Assembly: GCA_017412585.1 (NCBI GenBank)
Contig: JAFPXK010000085.1
Location: 24,953 to 88,952, forward strand
Direction: 5' to 3'
Source of the DNA: Oscillospiraceae bacterium
GTDB taxonomy: Bacteria > Bacillota > Clostridia > Oscillospirales > Oscillospiraceae
Length of the DNA: 64,000 bases
This document shows positions 28,062-36,882 of this stretch, piece after piece. Below the pieces are notes generated by a model that was not told where the DNA came from, did no database searches, and saw only the letters and a program-made list of their open reading frames with translations. How positions within the stretch are numbered: position 1 is the stretch's first letter; every line of letters starts with the position of its first letter. A program made the translations under genes and the position numbers.

Positions 28062-29456
28062 TTACTGATAGTTGATCATCACGGCGATCACGATCAGGAT
28101 CACCTGGACCAGGAAGCAGATAGCGTACACGGGGATGAAGAACTTGTACCACTTCTCCAGAGGAATCTTGCCGATACCGCACATGGTAGCCACGGAGCAG
28201 GTGGGCCACAGCATGTTGGAGTAGCCGTCGCCGAACTGGTAGGCCAGAACGGTGACCTGACGGGACACGCCGGCGAGGTCGCCCAGAGGTACCATGATGG
28301 GCATGATAGCGGTAGCCTGGCCGGAGCCGGAGGGGATGAAGAAGTTGATGATGTTCTGGGCGATCAGCATGGCAATGGCGGAGCCGTATCTGCCAAGACC
28401 GGTCATGACGGAGGACAGCGCGTGCACCACGGTGTCGATGATGACGCCGTTCTGCATGATCACCAGGATGGCGCGGGCCAGGCCCACCACCACCATGCCG
28501 ATGGCCATTTCCTTGAACGCGGTCAGCAGGTTATCCTTGATCTGCTCGGGCTTGAAGCCGGCGATGATGGAGACAACCAGAGCGGAGATGATGAACACGG
28601 CGCTCATCTCGTTCAGCCAGAAGCCCAGTTTCAGAGAGCCGTACACGATGGTGGCAACGGTGAGGATCATGGACAGCAGGATGATCTTCTGCTTGGTGGT
28701 GAAGTCCACCTTCTCCTGGCGCTCCAGCTGGAAGGAGGAGAAGTCCACGCCGTAGACGTAGCTCTTGGTGGGATCGGCCTTGACCTTGGCGGCGTAGCGC
28801 ATGCACAGCAGGGTCATCACGGCGTACTGGACAAAGAAGATGATCCAGCGATACACCAGGCCTGAGAAGATGGGGATCTCCGCGATGGCCTGGGCCACAC
28901 CGATGGTGAAGGCGTTGGTGGTGGCGGAGGCGAAGCCGGTGGCCACGCCCACGAAGCACATGCACAGGCCGACGATGGCATCATAGCCCAGCGCGATAGC
29001 CAGAGCCACGAAGATGGGCACCAGGCCGTACACCGTCTCCAGCTCGCCGTAGGTAGAACCGGCGATAGCGAAGATGAACATGCAGATGGGGATGAACAGC
29101 TTGCTGTCGCGGGCCTTGCTGTTGAGCAGCTTGTTGATGGCGGAGGTCAGGGCGCCGCTCTGCATGACGCTGTAGACCCAGAAGAAACCGAATGCGATCA
29201 GGAAGATGATGTTGGACACGGCGTCGAAGGCGCCGGCCATCATGGAGAACATCTGGAAGGGGTTAACAGGGCTCTGATCGACTCTGTGGTAGGTGGAGGG
29301 ATCCACCAGGGTGCGGCCGGTAGCCTCATCCACGAAGCGGTCATATACACCGGCAGGAATGATGTAGGTGCAGATCATGACCACGACGATGATCAGGAAC
29401 AGCAGCACGGGAGTACTGGGAAGGCTAAACTTTCTCTTCTTCTGCAAATCTGCCAT
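28062..29456 (-). CDS. YfcC/DcuC-family anaerobic carrier (putative amino-acid/dicarboxylate transporter)
   Basis: 464 aa, at least 10 TM, YfcC-like N-terminus (KKRKFSLPSTPVLLFLIIVVVMICTYIIPAGVYDR). Confidence 0.75.
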   Translation of the reverse strand: MADLQKKRKFSLPSTPVLLFLIIVVVMICTYIIPAGVYDRFVDEATGRTLVDPSTYHRVDQSPVNPFQMFSMMAGAFDAVSNIIFLIAFGFFWVYSVMQSGALTSAINKLLNSKARDSKLFIPICMFIFAIAGSTYGELETVYGLVPIFVALAIALGYDAIVGLCMCFVGVATGFASATTNAFTIGVAQAIAEIPIFSGLVYRWIIFFVQYAVMTLLCMRYAAKVKADPTKSYVYGVDFSSFQLERQEKVDFTTKQKIILLSMILTVATIVYGSLKLGFWLNEMSAVFIISALVVSIIAGFKPEQIKDNLLTAFKEMAIGMVVVGLARAILVIMQNGVIIDTVVHALSSVMTGLGRYGSAIAMLIAQNIINFFIPSGSGQATAIMPIMVPLGDLAGVSRQVTVLAYQFGDGYSNMLWPTCSVATMCGIGKIPLEKWYKFFIPVYAICFLVQVILIVIAVMINYQ

Positions 29457-29614
29457 GGGAAACTCCTTTCTCTTCTTCTAACAATAAAGTTGATCTTCCG
29501 ACCTCTTGTCATGTCCATGGGGCAAGGCCGTCCTTTCCCTTAGCAGAGCGGAACATGGGAAAGGGAAACTGCCATCCACATAGAATACACAAAAGTTCTC
29601 CTGGAATTAACATT

Positions 29615-29644
29615 ATTTTAGTGCAGAATGCTTTTTCCTGTCAA
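29615..29644 (-). promoter_or_regulatory. putative sigma-A promoter for yfcC-like gene
   Basis: Minus strand TTGACA-18 nt-TAAAAT, leaving a ~150-nt 5' UTR. Confidence 0.4.
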
Positions 29645-29754
29645 CGAACTTCTGCATGGAAATGGGGTTTTCAAAGCAAGAACGCAAGAAATTAGCAAAA
29701 AAATAACAAACAAATTACAAAATTTTTCTGGACAAGCCATGAATCGTCAGCCTG

Positions 29755-30393
29755 TTATTCCGCCGGCGGGACAGGAAACTCCCAGGGGAAAAACAGTGTC
29801 GTCTCCGCCCCTTCACAGCATACGCATACACGGTAGTCCGATATGTCTCTTTCCGCAAATCCGGCGGGGGCGACGTCCTCCGCCGGCGGCAGCACGGAAA
29901 AGCCGTCCGGCCGGCGGGACAATCCCTCGCCAGACCGCTTGAGAAAGCTCTCCTTCCGGGTCCAAAGCCGGATAAAGGCCGCCTTTGGGTCTGCCTGGCC
30001 CGCCAGCCACGTCTGCTCCTCCGCCGTCAGCACCCGCCGTACCAGCGCCTCGCTTACCGCCCGGGGCCGCTCCACGTCCACGCCCACGGCCCGGTCCGCC
30101 ACGGCGCACACCGCCAGCGTGCCGCTGTGGGAGAGGCTGAAATGAATGTCCGGGTGATGGGCAAGGCGCGGCTTTCCGTTATTGCCGTAAGCTAAAGTCA
30201 AATCCGCGGCCCCGGCCTGCCCCAGGGTCCAGGCCAGCAGCGCCCCGGCCCCCAGGCAAAGAAGCCGGGCCTGCGGTGTCAAAAGGCGGCCCACCCGCTG
30301 CCGCCGCTCCTCCCAGGGCAGGGCGGCCAGCGCCGCGTCATACTGGGCCCCCGTCAGGGCCGACACGTCGAAATAGTAGCATTTGACAGCCAT
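29755..30393 (-). CDS. Sfp-type 4'-phosphopantetheinyl transferase
   Basis: Trimmed to ATG 30393 (RBS GAGGAGG). Motifs GKPRL, FSLSHSG, GVDVE, WTRKESFLK. Confidence 0.8.
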   Translation of the reverse strand: MAVKCYYFDVSALTGAQYDAALAALPWEERRQRVGRLLTPQARLLCLGAGALLAWTLGQAGAADLTLAYGNNGKPRLAHHPDIHFSLSHSGTLAVCAVADRAVGVDVERPRAVSEALVRRVLTAEEQTWLAGQADPKAAFIRLWTRKESFLKRSGEGLSRRPDGFSVLPPAEDVAPAGFAERDISDYRVCVCCEGAETTLFFPWEFPVPPAE

Positions 30394-30512
30394 GGGCCGC
30401 CTCCTCACATTATTGTAATATAGTGTTTTTTTACCATATTTCTTCCCCCCGTGCAACCCCTTTCCCCGCATAGGGACATTCCCAACGCGCATACAGTGGG
30501 GCCGAAGGAGGG

Positions 30513-31211
30513 ATGGCCATGTGGAGCGCGGCCTTGCTGTTTCTATGTAATTGCCTGTTTTTATCGCTGCATCTTGCCAACGACAGCGGCTCTTTCCCCA
30601 AGCCCCTGTCCAAAGAGGAGGAAGCGGAGTGCCTCCGCCTTGCCGCCGCCGGGAATTTGGACGCCCGGAATAAACTGGTGGAGCACAACCTGCGCCTGGT
30701 GGCTCATATTGTGAAAAAGTATTACACCCAGACGGATCTACAGGACGACCTCATTTCCATCGGCACCATCGGCCTCATCAAGGCGGTGAACACCTTCCGC
30801 CCCGACAAGGGCATCCGCCTGGCCACCTACGCCAGCCGCTGCATCGAGAATGAAATCCTCATGTTCTTCCGCTCCCGGAAGAAGCTGCAGGGTGAAGTGT
30901 CCCTGTCCGACGCCATCGAGGGGGACGGTGACGGCGATGAGCTGCACCTGGCGGACGTGGTGGGGGAGGAGGACACCATGCTGGCAGATTTGCAGGACAG
31001 GGACGACCGAATTCTGATTCGCCATCTGGTGGCCAAGGTGCTGGACGAGCGGGAGGCAGACGTGATTCGCCGCCGCTACGGCCTGGGGGGCGCCGAGCCG
31101 GAGACCCAGCGGGAAATCGCCAAGCGCTACGGCATCAGCCGCAGCTACGTCTCCCGCATTGAGAAAAAGGCCCTGGAGAAGCTGGCGGAGGGCCTGGAGG
31201 GAAAGATGTAG
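30513..31211 (+). CDS. sigK: sporulation sigma factor pro-sigma-K
   Basis: Hydrophobic pro-sequence then SFPKPLSKEEE. LVEHNLRLVAHIVKKY and REIAKRYGISRSYVSRIEKKALEKL match B. subtilis SigK better than SigE. ATG 30519 is the alternative start. The gene is uninterrupted. Confidence 0.85.
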   Translation: MAMWSAALLFLCNCLFLSLHLANDSGSFPKPLSKEEEAECLRLAAAGNLDARNKLVEHNLRLVAHIVKKYYTQTDLQDDLISIGTIGLIKAVNTFRPDKGIRLATYASRCIENEILMFFRSRKKLQGEVSLSDAIEGDGDGDELHLADVVGEEDTMLADLQDRDDRILIRHLVAKVLDEREADVIRRRYGLGGAEPETQREIAKRYGISRSYVSRIEKKALEKLAEGLEGKM

Positions 31212-31266
31212 CAAAAACCGGGAAAGAAAAACGAGAAAAATCGGCAAAATTCTCTTGCGATACCAG

Positions 31267-31295
31267 TTGACTTTTATTTCGTCCCATACGATAAT
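31267..31295 (+). promoter_or_regulatory. putative sigma-A promoter
   Basis: TTGACT-17 nt-GATAAT upstream of the hydrogenase-like gene. Confidence 0.45.
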
Positions 31296-31327
31296 AAATT
31301 GAATTATACCGTGAGAGGAAATGCCTT

Positions 31328-32872
31328 ATGCGTAACTATCAATGCGACATCACCACCATGCGCCAGCGCGTGTTCGCCGAGGTGGCCCGTATGGCCTACG
31401 AGGGCGGCGACTACACCCAGCGCATGGAGAAGCTGCCCTATGAGATCGTCCCCGGCGAGGTGGGCAAGCAGCGGGACTCCATTTTCCTGGAGCGCGCCAT
31501 CGTGGGCGAGCGCATCCGCCTGGCCATGGGCCTGCCCCTGCGCAAGGTGGAGGAGCATACCATGATCTCCGACGGCGTGCAGGAGAGCGCCATCGCCGAG
31601 AAGTATTATGAGCCGCCGCTGATCAACGTCATCAAGTTTGCCTGCAACGCCTGCCCCCCCACCCATCTGGAGGTGACCAACGCCTGCCAGGGCTGCCTTG
31701 CCCACCACTGCTCCACCGTCTGCCCCAAGCAGGCCGTGTACTTTGAGCATGGCAAGGCCCACATCGACCAGTCCAAGTGCATCAAGTGCGGCAAGTGCAA
31801 GCAGAGCTGCTCCTATCAGGCCATCATCCGCTTCGAGCGTCCCTGCGCCGAGGCCTGCGGCATGGACGCCATCGGCAGCGACGAGTACGGCCGCGCCGAG
31901 ATCAACCACGATAAGTGCGTCAGCTGCGGCATGTGCCTGGTGAACTGCCCCTTCGGCGCCATTGTGGACAAGAGCCAGCTTTTCCAGCTCATCCACTCCA
32001 TCAAGCGGGGCGATAAGATCATCGCCATCATTGCCCCCGCCTTCTGGGGCCAGTTCGGCGACAAGGCTACCCCCGGCAAAATTCTCACCGCCATGAAGAT
32101 TCTGGGCTTCCAGGGCCTGGAGGAGGTGGCTGTGGGCGCCGACCTGTGCTCTGTGGAGGAGGCGGAGGAGTTCGTCCGCGACGTGCCGGAGAAGCAGCCC
32201 TTTATGGCTACCTCCTGCTGCCCCGCCTGGTCGGTGATGGCCAAGAAGGAGTTCCCCGGCATGGCCCCCTATATCTCCATGACCATGACCCCCATGGTGC
32301 TGACGGCCCGGCTCCAGAAGCGCCGCCACCCCGACTGCAAGATCGCCTTTATCGGCCCCTGCGCCGCCAAGAAGCTGGAGGCCAGCCGCCGCACCATCCG
32401 CAGCGACGTGGACTTCGTGCTGACCTTTGAGGAGCTGCGGGGTATGCTGCGCGCCAAGGGCATCAACTGGGAGGAGGTGCCCGACAACGGCGCCGAGTAT
32501 GAGGCCTCCGCCCCCGGCGTGGGCTTTGCCGCCAGCGGCGGCGTTGCCAACGCAGTGGCCGAGGTCATCCACCGCAACCATCCCGACATGGAGGTGAAGA
32601 CCGTCCACGCCGACGGATTGAAGGAGTGCCGCCAGATGCTGCGTATCGCCCGCACCGGCAAGTACGACGGCTACCTGCTGGAGGGCATGGCCTGTCCCGG
32701 CGGCTGCGTGGCCGGTGCCGGCACGGTGCAGCCCCCTGAGCGCTCCCGCATGAAGCTGGAGCAGTACAAGGCCATGGCGCCCCTCACCAACCCCCTGGAC
32801 ACCGCCTATCTGGAGGACATCAGCATCCTCCACGAGGACGACGAGCACTGGGAGCACAGCTCCAGTCACTAA
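31328..32872 (+). CDS. [FeFe]-hydrogenase-family protein (ferredoxin-like FeS domains + H-cluster domain)
   Basis: 4Fe-4S motifs (CIKCGKCKQSC, CVSCGMCLVNCP). H-cluster motifs L1 TSCCPAW, L2 GPCAAKKLE (G in place of M), L3 EGMACPGGCVAGAG. Confidence 0.8.
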   Translation: MRNYQCDITTMRQRVFAEVARMAYEGGDYTQRMEKLPYEIVPGEVGKQRDSIFLERAIVGERIRLAMGLPLRKVEEHTMISDGVQESAIAEKYYEPPLINVIKFACNACPPTHLEVTNACQGCLAHHCSTVCPKQAVYFEHGKAHIDQSKCIKCGKCKQSCSYQAIIRFERPCAEACGMDAIGSDEYGRAEINHDKCVSCGMCLVNCPFGAIVDKSQLFQLIHSIKRGDKIIAIIAPAFWGQFGDKATPGKILTAMKILGFQGLEEVAVGADLCSVEEAEEFVRDVPEKQPFMATSCCPAWSVMAKKEFPGMAPYISMTMTPMVLTARLQKRRHPDCKIAFIGPCAAKKLEASRRTIRSDVDFVLTFEELRGMLRAKGINWEEVPDNGAEYEASAPGVGFAASGGVANAVAEVIHRNHPDMEVKTVHADGLKECRQMLRIARTGKYDGYLLEGMACPGGCVAGAGTVQPPERSRMKLEQYKAMAPLTNPLDTAYLEDISILHEDDEHWEHSSSH

Positions 32873-32952
32873 TGATATAGTCATAAAATACCGGAGCTGC
32901 CGACGCGGCAGCTCCGGTATGTTCGTATGCAGTTTGTTTTTTTAGCGACAGG

Positions 32953-35394
32953 TTACGGTTGCGACTGGCCTCCGGGGGATTCATTCCCGCCGGAGGATTC
33001 ATTCTCGCCGGAGGATTCATTCCCGCCGGAGGATTCATTCCCGCCGGAGGATTCATTCCCACCGGAGGATTCATTCCCGCCGGAGGATTCGTTCCCACCG
33101 GAGGATTCGTTCCCACCGGAGGATTCGTTCCCGCCGGAGGATTCGTTCCCGCCGGAGGATTCGTTCTCACCTGGGGTTTCGTTCCCGCCAGGGGTATCGC
33201 CGCCGCCGGGCGTGGGCTCCGGCCCGGGAGTGTAGGTGGGCCAATCTTCCATGGGCTCCACCGGCGCGGAGCTGACCGGCTCCGTTACCCGTGGGGCGGT
33301 GGGCACATAGGCCGCTGCGTTGCCGGTGCCGCCGGGGTAGACGGCGTTATAGTAGTCGTAGGCAATCACCAGTTTGGCATAGCTGTATTTGGCGTCCACC
33401 AGGGCGATGACGTTGTCGCAGTAGTTCTCCGGCACAGTGACGCCGGGCCGGGGCGTAAAGGTGTTGTAATGGCAGTCGTAGGTTCCTGCCAGCGTCCGCC
33501 AGCTCACCCCTGCGCTGGTGGGGATGATGGCGATGGGCATGGAGGCGGAGACGGCGGTGGGGGATACGTGGCTGTCCAGCACGTCCCGGCCCGACAGCAG
33601 CCGGGAGTCGTAGGAAAGGCCGAAAAGATTGCTGAGGGTGGGCAGGATGTCCACGGCGGTGCAGGGGGTGTCTACGGTGATGGGCTTTTCCATGCCGCCG
33701 CTCCACAGGAGCCAGGTGCTCTTATAGCGGGAAATGTCCTTTTCCGTGTCGTCGATGCCCGACAGCTCCGGGTAATAGTCAAAGCCCTCGCCCACCATGG
33801 CGTAGGGGTAGTGGTCCGCCGTCATGCAGATCACCGTGTCCTCCAACGCCCCGGCCTCGGAGAGCCGGTCATAAAGGTATTGCAGCGACAGCTCCACCTC
33901 CAGGTTGGCGGCGATGAAGGCCTGCACCGTGGTGGAGGCGTTGGGATAGGCCGCCTGGGCCTCCGCCTTGTGGCGGGCGGACATGGCCTGGGTCCAGCCC
34001 CAGTTGGCGTGACCGCTGACGGTCATATAGTAGGCGTGGAAGGGGGTGCCGTGGTCGGTGTAATTGGTGAGGTATTCGTCCACCGTGGCCTCCATCATCT
34101 CCAGGTCGGAGTAGGGCCAGGAGCCGTCGCCGTTGGTTTTCAGCTTCAGCCCGTTGCCGCAGCCCACGTAGAGATACCCCAGGTTGGGGTGGGTCTTGTT
34201 CCGCTCGTAGTAGGTGTATTCGTTGTTGTGCCAGGCCCGGCAGTCGTAGCCCAGAGCGCCCAGCTGGTTGCCCAGCGCCAGGGGCATATAGTCCCGGGCG
34301 CTGGCGTAAAAGCTGACGTTGCCGTTTACCCAGGTGGGGATGAGGCCCGTCATGGAGGCGTATTCGCCCCCGGTGGTGGACTGTCCCCAGGCGGGCTGAT
34401 AGTAGTCGGTGAACACAAAGCCCTCGTGGGTCATCTTATAGAGCATGGGGGTCAGGTCGGGGGAAATGACGTAGGGCGAGAAGGCCTCCGCCGTAATGAG
34501 AATGAGATTTTTTCCGGCGAAGAGGCCGGTGTATTCGTTCTGATAGGTGGCGGGCTTGGCGGCAAAATAGCGGTGCATGGCCGCTAGCGTCTCGTTGCTC
34601 TCGCCCTCTGCCAGGGCGGCAAAGTCAATGTCCAGGGCATTCTCGCCGTATTCCTCCGGCGGCGGCAGCTGGGACGAATTGTCCACAATCTGGGTGATGT
34701 CCACGGTGGGCTGCTCCGGCACGCCCGTGACAGCATACAGCGCCTCCAGCCGCAGCTGTGTCACCAGGCCGAACCGGGGGATGGTGCTGTTGGCGGTGAA
34801 ATCGTAGGTGTACACGTTGCGATAAGGCCCGAAATGGCCCATCACCATGCCGCACACCTGCAGCACGAGGGCGGCCCCCAGTGCGGCCCACTTTACGGCG
34901 GAGGGGTAGGGGATGGGGGCGAGCAGCACCCTGCGCCAGATCAGCAGCGCCGCAAAGGGCACCAGCGACAGCAAAATGAAGGGGATCCGCTCCAGAATCA
35001 CCTCTATCATGGTGCCGAAAAAGCTGCCCAGCACATGGCCCGTCATGGCCTCCATGTAGCCGAAGCCGAAATAGGACTTGAAATAGCTCTTGCAGCAGTA
35101 TTCGATGCATTCGAACACCGTCCAGGCAAAGGTGAGCACGGCGGCAATCACCGTCTTCACCTTCTGCTGCCGGATGAGGTTCAGCCCCAGGGCCAACACG
35201 AGGCCCGTGGCCAGTGCAAATGCGGTAATGGGCAGCAGGGAGGGGGAGAAGATGGGGTTCTCCTTATCAAAAATTTGCAAAAGCCACTCGTGGTACACCA
35301 GCGCGCAGGGCAGGAAGAGCAGGGGCAGCACCCGGGCCGTCCCGCCGGGCGCATGGTGCGCCAGTCTGGACTTGGACGTTTTGGACATACGCAT
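32953..35394 (-). CDS. LtaS/sulfatase-family membrane protein with C-terminal (GGNESS)n low-complexity tail
   Basis: N-terminal multi-TM region and extracellular sulfatase-like domain (LILITAEAFSP, GQSTTGGEYASMTG). C-terminal hexapeptide repeats. Confidence 0.8.
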   Translation of the reverse strand: MRMSKTSKSRLAHHAPGGTARVLPLLFLPCALVYHEWLLQIFDKENPIFSPSLLPITAFALATGLVLALGLNLIRQQKVKTVIAAVLTFAWTVFECIEYCCKSYFKSYFGFGYMEAMTGHVLGSFFGTMIEVILERIPFILLSLVPFAALLIWRRVLLAPIPYPSAVKWAALGAALVLQVCGMVMGHFGPYRNVYTYDFTANSTIPRFGLVTQLRLEALYAVTGVPEQPTVDITQIVDNSSQLPPPEEYGENALDIDFAALAEGESNETLAAMHRYFAAKPATYQNEYTGLFAGKNLILITAEAFSPYVISPDLTPMLYKMTHEGFVFTDYYQPAWGQSTTGGEYASMTGLIPTWVNGNVSFYASARDYMPLALGNQLGALGYDCRAWHNNEYTYYERNKTHPNLGYLYVGCGNGLKLKTNGDGSWPYSDLEMMEATVDEYLTNYTDHGTPFHAYYMTVSGHANWGWTQAMSARHKAEAQAAYPNASTTVQAFIAANLEVELSLQYLYDRLSEAGALEDTVICMTADHYPYAMVGEGFDYYPELSGIDDTEKDISRYKSTWLLWSGGMEKPITVDTPCTAVDILPTLSNLFGLSYDSRLLSGRDVLDSHVSPTAVSASMPIAIIPTSAGVSWRTLAGTYDCHYNTFTPRPGVTVPENYCDNVIALVDAKYSYAKLVIAYDYYNAVYPGGTGNAAAYVPTAPRVTEPVSSAPVEPMEDWPTYTPGPEPTPGGGDTPGGNETPGENESSGGNESSGGNESSGGNESSGGNESSGGNESSGGNESSGGNESSGGNESSGENESSGGNESPGGQSQP
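32974..33207. repeat. 18-bp tandem repeat, 11 good + 2 degenerate units
   Basis: Plus-strand unit ggaggattcattcccgcc. It encodes GGNESS on the minus strand. Units 1-6 use AAT for Asn and units 7-11 use AAC. Confidence 0.95.
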
Positions 35395-35463
35395 TTCTCC
35401 TTATGGGCAGTCGCATGGGCGACGAAAAATCGGTTTTGCGTGATAAAGAAACCACATTTCGGC

Positions 35464-35492
35464 ATTATAGCACGGCCAATGGGAATTTGCAA
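35464..35492 (-). promoter_or_regulatory. putative sigma-A promoter for LtaS-like gene
   Basis: Minus strand TTGCAA-17 nt-TATAAT. Confidence 0.5.
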
Positions 35493-35577
35493 ATTTTCTC
35501 CCCGCCCCGAAAAAAAGAGGGACGGTCATCCCATAGGATGGCCGACCCGCACAATACTATCCGTTTTTTGGAAACCA

Positions 35578-36789
35578 TCAGTCGTCCCAGCCGTGGCCCG
35601 GACCGCTCTGGGCAAAATGGATGGCCCCGGTGCCGTATTTTCCCCGGATGGCGGCCATGGCGTCCTCCAGCTTTTCCTGCTTCTCGTTTTTCTGCTGTTT
35701 CGCGCCGCCCAGCAGGTCCAGCTGCTGAAAGCTGTCGCCGCTCTCGGTGATGTACAGCGCCGTCACCGTCAGGGAGCGGATGGCCTCGCCGCTGTGCCAC
35801 AGCTCGGCGGTGAGGGCCAGGGCGGTGTCGTAGATGTCCCGCATCAGATGGGTGGGGGAGGGAAGCTGGGTCTGCCGGGAGCGCTGGGTGAAGTCGCTGC
35901 GCCGCAGCGTCACCGCCACGCCGCCGCAGTAGAGGCCGTGCTTGCGCAGCCGCATGGCCACGCTGTCGCACAGCATTCCCAGTGCCGGCCGCACCTGGTC
36001 CCACCGGGTCAGATCCTGGGGGAAGGTGCTGCCGTTGCCCACGGATTTCACCGGTTCCTGCTGCTCCGGGCGGCGGACGGGGCTGTGCTCCAGGCCGTTG
36101 GCGTACAGGTGCAGCTCCCGTCCCATCTTGCCCATCCACTCCGTCAGCTTGTCCTCCTCCACGGCGGCCAGCTCTCCGATGGTTTTTATGCCGTGCTTGC
36201 CCAGCACCTCCCGGGCCGCCTGGCCAACGTATAAAAGGTCGCCCACCGGCAGAGGCCACACGATGTCCCGCCAGTTTTCCCGGGAGATCACCGTGGTGGC
36301 GTCAGGCTTTTTATAGTCGCTGCCCAGCTTGGCAAACACCTTGTTGAAGCTGACGCCCACCGATACGGTGAGCCCCGTTTCCTCCTTTACCCGACGGCGA
36401 ATCTCGTCCGCCACCGCCTTGGCGTCGCCGCCGAACAGGTGGAGGCTGCCGGTGATGTCCAGCCAGCTCTCGTCAATGCCGAAGGGCTCCACCAGGTCGG
36501 TAAACCCCTCATAAATGGCGTTTACCTGACGGCTGTATTCCCGGTATAATCCGTGGTGGGGCGGCAGCAGCACCAGTCCCGGTGCCTTCCGCCTGGCCTG
36601 CCACACCGTCTCCGCCGTCTTGACGCCCAAATGCTTGGCGGGGTCGTTTTTGGCCAGAATGATGCCGTGTCGTGAAGCGGGGTCGCCGCACACCGCCATG
36701 GGGATGTCCCGCACCTCAGGGTGGGAAAGCATCTCCACCGAGGCAAAAAAGCAGTTCAGGTCGCAGTGCAATATCACCCGGTCGTCCAT
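35578..36789 (-). CDS. dinB: DNA polymerase IV
   Basis: ILHCDLNCFFASVE start, Y-family palm/fingers and little-finger. 403 aa. Confidence 0.9.
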   Translation of the reverse strand: MDDRVILHCDLNCFFASVEMLSHPEVRDIPMAVCGDPASRHGIILAKNDPAKHLGVKTAETVWQARRKAPGLVLLPPHHGLYREYSRQVNAIYEGFTDLVEPFGIDESWLDITGSLHLFGGDAKAVADEIRRRVKEETGLTVSVGVSFNKVFAKLGSDYKKPDATTVISRENWRDIVWPLPVGDLLYVGQAAREVLGKHGIKTIGELAAVEEDKLTEWMGKMGRELHLYANGLEHSPVRRPEQQEPVKSVGNGSTFPQDLTRWDQVRPALGMLCDSVAMRLRKHGLYCGGVAVTLRRSDFTQRSRQTQLPSPTHLMRDIYDTALALTAELWHSGEAIRSLTVTALYITESGDSFQQLDLLGGAKQQKNEKQEKLEDAMAAIRGKYGTGAIHFAQSGPGHGWDD

Positions 36790-36847
36790 ACGGCCTCACC
36801 CCCTTCACTTACATAGTATATCACAGTTCCCCATAGCGGTAAAGGAA

Positions 36848-36874
36848 AAAGCGCCGCCCTTTGGGCGACGCTTT
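36848..36874 (-). terminator. terminator hairpin with T-run (duplicate of 37132..37162)
   Basis: Minus strand aaagcgtcgccc-aaa-gggcggcgcttt followed by ttccttt. The G.U pair is valid only on the minus-strand transcript. Confidence 0.6.
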
Positions 36875-36882
36875 CAAATTGT

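Noticed and set aside
29457-29614. Riboswitch in the yfcC-like 5' UTR
   Set aside because: Only one modest stem (CCTTTCCC/GGGAAAGG) is visible, and it matches no riboswitch class I can recall.
30513-31211. skin-like intervening element in sigK
   Set aside because: The ORF is continuous from the pro-sequence to region 4.2, and no recombinase is nearby.
32974-33207. Possible CRISPR array
   Set aside because: The units are contiguous with no spacers, are only 18 bp long, and are in frame within a CDS. There are no cas genes.
32927-33235. 102-aa plus-strand ORF with PPEDSF repeats
   Set aside because: It is an antisense reading of the 18-bp tandem repeat that belongs to the C-terminus of the minus-strand LtaS-like gene.
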